Shown in pieces: positions 38,877-49,633 of a stretch of 64,000 nt of DNA; position 1 is the stretch's first letter; every line of letters begins with the position of its first letter. The translations under genes were made by a program, and so were the position numbers. The notes beneath the pieces were generated by a model. That model made no database searches. It was not told the DNA's origin and worked only from the letters and a program-made list of their open reading frames with translations. Origin of the DNA: Tricharina praecox (lineage: Eukaryota); NCBI RefSeq assembly GCF_024521635.1, contig NW_026250418.1, positions 62,001-126,000 on the forward strand, given 5' to 3'.

Positions 38877-40458
38877 CGCAAGCCAAATCTCTCACCACGA
38901 TTTTGCTTCGCCTCTACACGCCAGGTTCCGTGGCGTAGGGAGCAGGAGCTGGGTGCTACGGGCTGGGTACGGTGTCAGCAGAATGACCCCAGGTCCCCAA
39001 CCAGGGCCAGTCAGGTTGGCACCCAGGGCAGCGTTGAGTGATGATCAAGGGTGGGTGATAATTTTCCGCTCATTGTTTTTGCTGGATGGGTGCCGGGCGG
39101 GCAACTTCCCAAAAGTGCGCGGTCTACTTGTGTTGTGCGCACGGGATTCAGATTTGTTGGGGGGAGTGGTCGAAGTATGCGCGGAGGGATGATACAACTG
39201 CTAAGCAAACGGGTGTCGCTGTGTGCTGGTGCGGCGCCGGGCCCGGATTTCTGTTAGGTGTGTCGACGTGTGTCGGGGGAGGGAGCACGTTGGGGGAGGG
39301 AGGGAGCGGAGAGCGTTGGAGCTGGTTGCAGTCACTGATTTCTAGGCGTGGCCCGAGTGTGATCGCAGTGCTTGTCCAGGTTACACTGAAGGTGATCACC
39401 TCGAATACAGGAGTTGCGGCTTGCGATGGAATGTATCGAATTTTGCCCCACCTCAACCAACGATCAGCAGAGACTTGAGAAACTTAGCGATCGCAGAGCT
39501 CTCAATTTCCGCGCCAGCTCACTTTGCGAGCGAGACCATGCAACCTCTCCTATTCGGCGGTGTTCGTAACGCCTTACGGTTGCTACGCACCTACGTACCT
39601 GCCAGCTTTGCTGCAGCCTTCCCGGAGTTCGTCTCGACGAAGTTCTCGAGTACAGCAGAGCACAAGTCTACCCGACCCTAACCCTCATGGATCCCCGCCT
39701 TAAATCCAAGATTTGAATCAGTGTGGGGGCTTAGTTGTGACCGTGTGCACATACTCTACTCTAGGTCGCTCCCCCGTCTGGTCTTCCTAGCCAAGCACAC
39801 GCCGCACATCTGCAGTGGCAGCGGCTTGAATGGTAGTTTTTCTGCCTGATTTGATCCTCCCTCGGAAGGAAATCCACTCTACGTGCAATACATGCGCATA
39901 TGGGAGTGCTGTGCCAGTTTACCTTTTTTTCTTCCCCATCACAGCTTCGGGCCTGATGATCAGATGATTGAATGGATTTAGATATCGGCGACATCGATAA
40001 AAGATGAATACAATAGAAACAAACACGAAAAGAAAAAAGAACCCAAGGCATAATCCAAAACAGAAAGGACGAGAATATCAGACACGTTTGGACGGCCACG
40101 AGACCATTCTTAAACACCAAAAAAATCGAATGAGAGAATCGCGAGGTACCAACCGTCGGAGACATGCATGCAACCCAACACAATAGAAACAACATCCGAC
40201 AAACCCCAAAGGAAAAATGACATCGCTACATAATTCCAAAACAGAAAGCACAACGCTGAAAGCAAGCTCTTCGAACGCCCCGTCGTCGATTTAGAATACA
40301 TCAAACAGCCTGCGAAAGCCACGAACCCCAAAAGAACACCTCATCAATCATCGATGACCGGCGACAGTGATGGCGATGGCGATAGCGCAGACCGACACCC
40401 ACACCCTACCCTCGAACTCCAACACCATAACCCTCTGCATGGCACACACCTAGAGCGT

Positions 40459-41349
40459 CTACCCTGTCGAGCCAAATTGACTATCGAACTTCCTCGCGGC
40501 TTCTTTGCCTTTGTTGTCGGAGGGGCGAAAGCCTGGGACATATACTCGCTCGCGCCAGCCGGGTATATGTACACCTCTCACCTGTTGGGGAGGATTTGCA
40601 AGAGGAGCAGCAGGAGGGAGGGCCGGGCGACCAGGTGCAGACACATCACGGCGACGAGAGGACCCAGATCTGGCGTGACGACTCGAACGTCCACGATCAC
40701 TGGCTCGATCATACACGTCGGCAGCGAAGACGTTCCGACCGGAGGATGGATAGCCACCGGTACGACCACGGGATTCATGGGCACCATCGTAGCGAGTCGA
40801 TGATGAGTCACCGCCATTTCGACCGGAAGCGCGAGAAGTCGAGGGACGATGCGACGATTCAAAATCATCGGCAGGGCCATATGCTCCAGAAGCTGTGGCG
40901 TAACGGTCGGAGGATGTGCGGTACTCGGTTTGACGAGAGGATTCATGGGCACCATCATAGCGAAGCGATGAACCATCGCCATTGCGACCCGAAGCGTTAT
41001 GAGTGGGGTGACGATGCGACGACACACCATCGTAGCGAGTCGATGATGAATCACCGCCATTGCGACCGGAAGCGCGAGAAGTCGAGGGACGATGCGACGA
41101 TTCAAAATCATCGGCAGGGCCATATGCTCCAGAAGCTGTGGCGTAACGGTCGGAGGATGTGCGGTCCTCGGTGCGACCATAGAATTGTGGAGCACCATTG
41201 GGGTGAACCGACGATCCATTACCACCGCTGCGAACGGACGAGCCAGGAGCTGCGCGACGCCGCGAAGATCCATGACCGCCAGCACGGATATGAGCACCAT
41301 CGTCACGACGCGACGATCCATCTGCACCGGTGCGCTGTGGGGTAGCCAT
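40459..41349 (-). CDS. 296-aa Ser/Gly/Arg-rich repetitive protein with the GW-x-x-RV-x-x-PG module at its C-terminus
   Basis: Intact ORF; internal 81-codon-period repeat; ends GVHIPGWRERVYVPGFRPSDNKGKEAARKFDSQFGSTG*; CATAAAT at 41521-41527 (minus). Confidence 0.8.
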   Translation of the reverse strand: MATPQRTGADGSSRRDDGAHIRAGGHGSSRRRAAPGSSVRSGGNGSSVHPNGAPQFYGRTEDRTSSDRYATASGAYGPADDFESSHRPSTSRASGRNGGDSSSTRYDGVSSHRHPTHNASGRNGDGSSLRYDGAHESSRQTEYRTSSDRYATASGAYGPADDFESSHRPSTSRASGRNGGDSSSTRYDGAHESRGRTGGYPSSGRNVFAADVYDRASDRGRSSRHARSGSSRRRDVSAPGRPALPPAAPLANPPQQVRGVHIPGWRERVYVPGFRPSDNKGKEAARKFDSQFGSTG

Positions 41350-42386
41350 TGATGTCGGCCGGGTTTGAGGTTTGAGGTTTTGGGACGGTAGCGAAGAACT
41401 CAGCGACGACGGAGGGATTTCAGGACCAGTGTATGGCGAAGAGGGTGATGCGCCGTTTCAAAAATGTGAAGTGAGGAGTAAAAGTAAAAAGAAGTGTGTC
41501 GAGGAGGGGGGAAGCCTACCATTTATGCAACCTTCTCACTGTTCACCTCTGGATATGGATTCTATGCCAAAGAAGCGGAGGGGCGACGTCCTGGGTGTGG
41601 TAATGTGCCGTGTGCGCAACCCAAGGTCGACTCAGGTTCGGTCCGGGCTGTGGCGGCGAAGATGGGGTCAGGCATGTTCGGGTTTCTCTCGTTGTGCGCA
41701 ACGCTTTCTCCATTCAGATGGGTCGTTGCCGTCATTCTCCTTTCTCAACCCGGTCTGCGCGTTGATGAACAGGTATGGAACCAGGGTGATCAGAACCAAC
41801 ACGAAAGGACCGACAACCTCGTTGAAGATGGTGTTGCTGAGCTTGGCACGAGGGATATCGCCGGCGAGCTTCTCCGGGGGGTCTCCGAGGGCCTTGCGCT
41901 TGTAACCAGTGATACGGGTTGACGGGCTGCACGTTGGGGCAAAATTAACATGAACGCGACTTCGGCTGCTGCTGGTACTGCTGCTGCTGCTGGCCCGCCG
42001 CTGCTGTCGATGTGGCACTGTGAAACAAGTGCTGGTATTGCCAGTGTTGCTCGTTCTGGCGTTGCCGCTGCTGCTGCTGATGCTACGGTGACGTTGCTGG
42101 GTTGCTAGGCTATTGGATCGCTGGACTGCCGAACTGCTGTCGGTGGTCGGTGGTTCTGCTGATTACCGCTGTCGTTGTTGTCGGTGATGATGTTACTGCT
42201 GCCGTTGCTAGTAGTATTTGTCGGCAGCTCATCGTAAGCGTTCTAAGATGCTACCATCGAGATAGCTAGGTAAATAGGGGGCAAGCGGGGGAGATGCCCG
42301 ATCTGCCCGCATGAGCTCTTGATCCATGGAAAGATGGTTACCCGGCTGTCATCGCACCCTGCGGCCAAAGAATAGTGAGAGTAACT

Positions 42387-42505
42387 ATCGTCCCCAACCC
42401 CATCATCCCCAACACCATCGTCCCCAACACCATCGTCCCCAACACCATCGTCCCCAACACCATCGTCCCCAACACCATCGTCCCCAACACCATCGTCCCC
42501 AACCC
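42387..42505. repeat. 15-bp minisatellite (atcgtccccaacacc) x8
   Basis: Units start at 42387, 42402, 42417 ... 42492. Confidence 0.95.
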
Positions 42506-45500
42506 ATTCAGGTGCTCCATCTCTAATAGTAAAGCGCTAGAAGCCCCCCCGCTAGGTACCTTCCTGCAGAGCGTCCTTCGGGATGGACACACGCTATTCC
42601 TCTAGTTGGTGGGATTCCTTCGACCCAATGGCTGGGTGGTTGGATTCACACTCAGTTCTAAGCGCAACGAGTACGTCGGCCGTCGTCGGGAAGATCATAC
42701 GCGCCTTATTTTGATCCCATCCGTGATTCGCTTCGCCTCATTTCTGATGTGTACAGCTGTGCGAATGCTGGAAGACTATTCAGCACATTCACTCACGATT
42801 GGAATCCTCATTGTCGGTCGTCCGGAGCGAGCGTCCGTTGTGCTGGGAGTCACAGGTGTGGCTGTGACTGCAGCCAGCACACACACACTCCCTCATTATT
42901 CCTCGCTCGTATGTGAATGTTTCCGTTCGCACCGCCTCCCACGGCCGGAAGTTTCCATCAAACGCACATACCCACACCGTCTCCGGCCTACGGTTGGGCA
43001 TGAGCAAAAGGCAAAGAGGACGGTTTCCTCGGATCATCCGCCACGAGACAAGTGGACAAGGCTGTGAAAAATTATGGAACGATGATGATAGCATGTATGA
43101 TAATATCTACGTACGAATTCCACCCCAATCACTCGGCGACATGCATGCTTTCTTGCGAACAGCAAGTTGATGATCTAGTACCATACCTGCATAACTACCG
43201 CCTGTGTTCGTTAGAATGCTTGAGTTCTCTGTTCGTGACTCCTTTCTCAACATATAGAGTACCGGTAGGTTTGGGAACAGAAGGCCGGCGGCTATCGTGC
43301 ACGGTGACGCTGACAAACCTGTTTTCCGAACAAATTCCGGCAATAGCAATCCATGTACAGTGCTCACTGCTCACGATGGCCAGATGCCACCTGAATCCAC
43401 TTTATTGAGTAGCTGGCTGCGTAGGTAGATAGAGCCTGAAGCCCCATAGTCAATATACATACCTACGGTCTCGACTCAATGATGCATGGGCCGTCATGCC
43501 TTGCCATAGCAGTTCTCAGTTGCTGATGATCATAGATCCACCCAAGGGCTGCACAGGATCCACCCTCCCCTCAACCTTGCAAGACGATTGGGCTTGACGC
43601 ACGGAATATGTCGACGAGTGGTTGCCATCCTGACATTCGGGCTTCACTTGGATCCATAGGTGCCGTACATACATACCTCCATACCACAACCCTATCACAT
43701 GGGCGACGTCGTAACTATCCTCTTCAGACACAATTGTGGATTACTCTATGCGCACAGCCCCACCACCGGTATACATGCAAGCCGGGTTTGCACCTTAGTC
43801 GTTTCAAGCTGGGTTTCCCCATAATTTCTCGTTAATTCACCATCCACGTTGTCTAACTAGGGCCCGCGGATGCCACTAGGTTTTGGATTTGCGGGATCAA
43901 CTAACGAGCGGGAACTAGAGTAGAGTACCCGTATCCACTCTGCGTTACTATGTACCGGTATGAACTACCGGTATGAATTACCGGTATAGGTAACTACACG
44001 GGAAGGATTAAGCAAGGTTAAACATGGTTGTCTACGACTTCATCATCGCTCACCATATACGTACCTACCGTAGCAGAACCGAGACCGCGTACACCACGTT
44101 CCTACATACCGGCAGAAACTATGGGAAAGGGAGGGGAATGCATGTAACTACCTAGCTCTCCGCGAATCACGATAGATATCCGGCTCTTCAAATCTAGCCC
44201 TAAGGGGCCTTTTTTTTGAGGCATTATGGATGGGCGTGATGCCGGGCCACGGGTCTAGGTCGTGCTCCGGGTGCCTCGGAAGGCGTATCCCTGATCTGGG
44301 TTTGAACCCCGATTATGGTGGATATTTCTGACAGAACTGGGGGAGAGCGGTTTTCCATGAACTCGGAAGCCGATGGGCCAAGGGCCGAGAAGAACTGTGA
44401 CACGAGCTTCGGCACTAGGTGAAGATGACTGGCTCGCTCCTTTCCTTCCTTCCTGCGGCTCCCATCTACCTAGAGTACCCTGAATGTTTTTCTTTGCCTT
44501 TTTTTCCTCCTCTTTTCCTCCTTTTTTTCTTCTTTCCCCTCGTCGCTTGTGTTACATCCTACAACCAACTGCCATCCCCTCATGGGACAATACCGAAGTC
44601 CGTCGGCACTGCTCGGCAAGGAAGAATGATCGGTGAGGGCCGTATCCACCTGCAGGCCGCGAACAAGCGGCACGTTTAGCAGTTGTGGCCTGCCTACTGC
44701 CTTACCACCGCTCACCGCCGAGACTTATCATCCCTCCTCCTCCTGCCGGCCTCAACAGTTATCGCTACTTGCGGAGTGCAACATCCTACATACGTCTGAT
44801 ACCCCGCGCCGACCAAAACGTCGAACCAACAGCCATCCAGATCAGGTAGGGACCGCGGGGGCTCGACCAGTCCCTCAGGGATTCGGAGCCTCGCGGCGTC
44901 CCGGCATATCTAGCGATACACACAGCAGAGAGGAGAGCAATCTGAAACGCCGACTAAGTAGCAAGCAGGTATGATGTCGGTAAGTAAGTCAGCAAGAAGA
45001 GCAAGCCAACAAGCTGACAAGCATACATACTGCTCTAGCAAGCCCAGCAATTACCGCGACCTCATCCAAACCCCGCGTGTTCTCTTCATACTTGGCAGAA
45101 CCTCTACCTTAGCTACATACCTACCTACCTGGGTCCCGAACACGAGCCCCAGCTCGAGCGCACGTAACTACGCACCTACTAGGACGCTGTTTCCCGATGA
45201 TTTGGCGAATTGCACTGCACTGCACTGCATGACACATGTTGAATTCACGAAGGCACGCATCTGCACGCCGAGGCTGCTCTTGGCGCTGTTGGTTATAGCC
45301 TTCCTTTGTGTCTATCGTCTTTTGTGTCACGCCTGCGCCCCACCCGGGAGACAGGACGGAAGCACAGCAATTCGATTCGAAAGGCCAGGCTGTGGGAATC
45401 CGATCGTCAGGCGTCTTTTCGCAGACGACGGATGTGCTTTTCTGTCCTGCGGACTGGCTGACGGGGCATTCATTCCTGTTCCCTACCGGAGCTCACGACC

Positions 45501-45629
45501 GGTTGGTTGGGAGTAGGTAGTGAGTAGGTAGGCATGCCGCAGCTCTATAGTAGGCACATCGACAAGAATATGGGTCCCGTGAGCGATTTGCCATACACAG
45601 CCCAAGCAGCCTGTAGGCATGGATAACGA

Positions 45630-45793
45630 TCGATTGGGGAGCCCGAAGGGAAGAGGAAGGGGATGGGGATGGTCTCGTCCTCTGTGAGCTCGTTGCAAGT
45701 GGCCTATCTCGATTGGGGAGCCCGAAGGGAAGAGGAAGGGGATGGGGATGGTCTCGTCCTCTGTGAGCTCGTTACAAGTGGCCTATCTCGATT
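45630..45793. repeat. 79-bp tandem duplication (1 mismatch)
   Basis: tcgattggggagcccgaagg...gtggcctatc at 45630 and 45709; the junction hexamer tcgatt recurs at 45788. Confidence 0.95.
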
Positions 45794-47230
45794 CTCGAGT
45801 GCCCGCCGACCTCCAGCTTTGGAGGCAAAGTGGTGCAGGCAGGCAAGCGAGATTTACGGATTACCATATTTCACTGGTCTAGGGCGAACTGCGTGAAACC
45901 GTGACTTATTGGTGGTGGGCACTGCCGCACTAGGGAAGCTCCGTAATGACCAGTGACCATGAATTGCGAGCTGCTTGCAGAGATCCTTAGTCGGTTTGTA
46001 TGTAGAGTAGAGTACGTATGAAATGCTAGCTGTCAGTGCAGAGGCTGGGTGGAGTGGGTGGCCTACCTACCTACTAGCAAACATAGATCACCAAGTTGGC
46101 GATTCGGCGAGTCTTACCACTCCCTCGGTGTTTTGTGACCCACCGGTCGTTTTTTCCATCTCCAATACCACGGTATGTACCTAGGCGGCTGCCTACCCCA
46201 GTAGTCATCTATTCGGTGGGGAGTCGGGAAATGCCCCACCCCCCTGCCGGAGACCGCGCGACTCTCGGTATATCCCCCGAAATCCGTGTAGTAAGCCAAA
46301 AGGAATGGGAAGCATACTACGGTACTAGTAGGTGCTCCGTGTCCATCCGGGGTGTCCGCCGCCAGTTCGGCCGACCTAGGTAGGTACCCGTCGAGCTTTT
46401 TGTTGGCTTCAGCTTTCAGCCTTCGGCGCTCTCGTGAAAAATGGGTGGAAAATGACGTCGCCGCTAACGACGACGGCGGTGAGGGCGAGGGCAGTTAACG
46501 ATGAGTGTGACAGTGGCAGTGGCAGTGAGTGAGTAATGGCGGTCTGGAAAGCTGCTTCCGCGCATCTAGAGGTTAGATCGCAGCGCCGTCGCTGTGGTGC
46601 ACTCTAGAGCTCGCGCGCTCGGGATCTTCCCGGGTTTCGGAGTGTGGTATGTGCCACCCACCGACCGCACCGCACTGGTTACTGAACTGCTCGAAAAAGA
46701 AAAGAAAAACATACGACCGCTGCTAGGCTGTGTAGGTACATACTCTACACGTGTGGCAGTTCCTTGCATCCTCGGGGTCGCTCGTTACTAGGAGGATCCG
46801 GCGAGTTACGCGAAGCGCGAGGTGCCGGCGGCAAATCTCGTATCATACTCGGCACTCCTTCCCTCGGGGTGGTCGCAAAACGGTGTAGAGTAACTAACCG
46901 CAAGGGACGATCCGGGAAGCGAAGGGATGACGAGTCTTAACTCGTGTGTTTCACACCGTTCGGCCCCGCGTCACTGTCTTGAATTCCAGCTCATTCTCCT
47001 AATCTTATCGACTGTGCCCGGTCAATGTCTCGGGCAAAGCCTAAAAGGTTTTATTTACTTCGAAAGTGCTCGGGGAGTTGGGCTCACAGTCACAGTCACC
47101 CCCTCGGAGATGGAGGGGCGGACGGACGGACAGTGCAGGGAACGGGGAACGGGGAAGAAGGCAGCAGCTCCGTTCCTCTACCTACCACAGCGAATCGACG
47201 CATCAAACTTATGTAGTAGTTACGTAGCCA

Positions 47231-47320
47231 ATGTGCTCGATGTGCTCGACGTGCTCGATGTGCTTGACGTGCTCGATGTGCTCGACGTGCTCGATGTACG
47301 AGATGTACGAGATGTGTTTG
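47231..47320. repeat. 9-bp minisatellite (gaYgtgctc)n drifting to gatgtacga
   Basis: Direct reading of sequence. Confidence 0.9.
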
Positions 47321-48448
47321 ATTTCAATTTTCGGCGAAATGTGCGATTTTGCACGTTTTCCGGCTTTCGGGCTTTCGGTAATGCGCTCTGCGACGCACCT
47401 CGCCAGCCAAACCCCCCCTCCCGGGCCTCCCCCGGCGAAATCCAGATCTTCCCCAGCCCCAGTCCTGCTCTACTCTGCGTCACACTCTACTCCCTAAACT
47501 CCGCCCATTTCAGCTAAGGGCTTTCCCTTACGAAGCGAAACGAAACGATCGTCATCGATCCGTGAAGCATGTACTACCGTACTACGGAATCTGCTTTGGC
47601 CAAAAATGCGGGCCGCATGCTAAAACAAGTGTCGTGACTCGTGATGCAGTCCGGTACCCCCCCCCCCCCCCCCACCCCTCCGGTTTGGCTAAGGCTTGGA
47701 AGAGTTTAGAGTGACCGGGCGGCTTCCTGTGGCTGGTTTGGTTTGGTTTGGTTTGGTTGAGCACCACTTCTCGATAACATACATCATGCGATGACTCTTA
47801 GCATGGCCGAGAACTCGCTCCCTCCGCCCCAGCTGCAAACAGGCAGGCAGGGTACTTGCGAAAAGAGTGGGATGGAATGTGCAGCACATCTCCACGTGAA
47901 CGCCCAACCTTGAACCGAGCAGTGTACATTCCGGTAGTGATTTTCTGGCGTAGGCGAGAACTCGAAGTATGTGGCCGTCGACGGAACTCGGGACGTTGGG
48001 ACATTTAGGTGGGGGTTGGTTCGGGTTTCACCAAGTCCCGCCCCACCGAAGGAACGTTAATGTTGATGGCAGTGAGGGTGATCCAGATGACGAGGGTGGT
48101 CTGGCAGTGAAAGCGATCGCTCTGCAAGAGTGCTGCAGAGTTGGTGCATCGAGGCCATCCGCATTCCATTCCTCCAGGCTCCGAGATTCCGCCCATTCCT
48201 CCGCCCATTCCTCCCAGATTCATCATTCCGTTGCCTGCTGTGAAGCGAGGATGCCCGTTGTGTGTCTACCTACATGGGACAACCGGCCTCATTGTGGAGA
48301 GTACACACATAATGTACTCTATGCTGCCTGCTGCCTCCGATCACTGCAGTAGATAGTTAGTCCCAAGTTTCAACGCCAGGGTGTAGAGTATAGTAGGTAG
48401 CCCATCTGGCAGTAGAGTAGCTGCAGAACTACTCTAGAGAAGGTACTA

Positions 48449-48509
48449 TCTACTGCTACTGCTACTACTACTATTACTACTACTATTACTACTGCTACTA
48501 CTACTACTA
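48449..48509. repeat. (CTA)n-type microsatellite
   Basis: Imperfect cta/ctg/tta run. Confidence 0.9.
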
Positions 48510-49320
48510 TGTACTCTATTCGGGAAGGATGGCAGCCGCGGGTCCACTCACTTTCCATTCTTCCTCTTTCCAGTGTCCACCTCTCAAGTTCTCAACCGTC
48601 GGTACTGCACATACCGGTAACTGCATGCACATCCTACACACATTTGCGGTTCCTCTATTCCTTTCGCTTCAGCCTGCTGCCCACGAGTCTGACACCCCCG
48701 TCCGGCGCCTTGAGTTGACGTCGGCTTACCGTCTTACAAGTTGCGGGTCAGGCAAAAGAGAGCATACACGGCACGCCACTTTGGAAGTTTGGATAAGGCA
48801 AAAATTAAGTCGGTAGGCAGGTAACCACGGCCTCGTCGCGAAAGCATCGGTATGCAAGTAGCTAGTTTCCTGTCGGATAGGGCGAAATCTCCAAGGGGCG
48901 CAGCGAGCGTGCTTGAAAGAAACCTTGCAAATCTTCGCTCCTGTCCGGGCCCCGTTGCTGCTGCACGGTTGAGACGTGGTCGTCCGCAGTAGCAGTTGAG
49001 TAGGTCTAATAATAAATCTCTACGTGCCCCTCAGGCTCCGGGCCTCCGGTCGATGACACGTGCGGAATGGGGCGTCTGCAACTGGGCTTGACGCGGAGTC
49101 ACGTTCTTGATATGTATTTATTTACCGGTATATACTCCCTATGGTGCTCTGCTGGTACCGGTATGTAACGGAATTCACACCGTGTCCCGTGTTACAGCTT
49201 TCATAACAGTACGATTAGTAGTAGTGGCTGTGGGCACACACACACAAATCACGCGTCATCTTCACTGCTGCTGGGCGTATGTAGTCGTTAGAATACCGGT
49301 AGGTATGTCATGTATGTAGG

Positions 49321-49633
49321 TTGGGGACTCCTTGAGTCAATGGGGTGGGAGATTCGTGGAAAAGTCGAATTAATTACAAAACGGGTAATAAGTAGCGATT
49401 TTTGAGATGTTTTTAGCAAAAACATTGGGGAGCGCCCCACCAAAATTACCGTTTTCTAAATTCAAAAGAAAATCAACCACGTCTTCTAAAATCCAAAACT
49501 CGTCATTCTATGATTCTAGACACCCTTATCTATCCGAAAATAACGTCCTTTGATTTTCTTTTGTGGTTTTGTGGGATGAGATAGGTGTGAAAGTCGGGGG
49601 TGTTTTTCCATCGGTTACAGGAGTTCCCAACAA
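49321..49633. mobile_element. AT-rich MITE-like insertion with 8-bp target duplication
   Basis: tatgtagg direct repeat at 49313-49320 and 49634-49641; inverted ends ttggggactcct / aggagttcccaa; interior markedly more AT-rich than the flanks. Confidence 0.6.

Noticed and set aside
40578..41345. Long overlapping ORFs 40578-41327 (-) and 40596-41345 (+)
   Set aside because: Shadow frames of the repetitive 296-aa gene; non-ATG starts and no family module
40459..41349. Repeat protein as a dikaritin/KEP-type RiPP precursor
   Set aside because: No signal peptide, no regular KR/RR Kex2 sites delimiting the repeats, and no UstYa/DUF3328-like gene recognised in the window
42387..42505. CRISPR-like array or coding PQHHR/PNTIV repeat
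   Set aside because: Head-to-tail repeats with no spacers in a eukaryotic context; frames are open simply because the unit lacks stops
44196..44218. Hairpin plus T-run resembling an intrinsic terminator
   Set aside because: Eukaryotic sequence, short stem, no associated gene
46927..47517. 196-aa ORF with (DVL)n
   Set aside because: The repeat comes from the 9-bp minisatellite; the remainder is not protein-like
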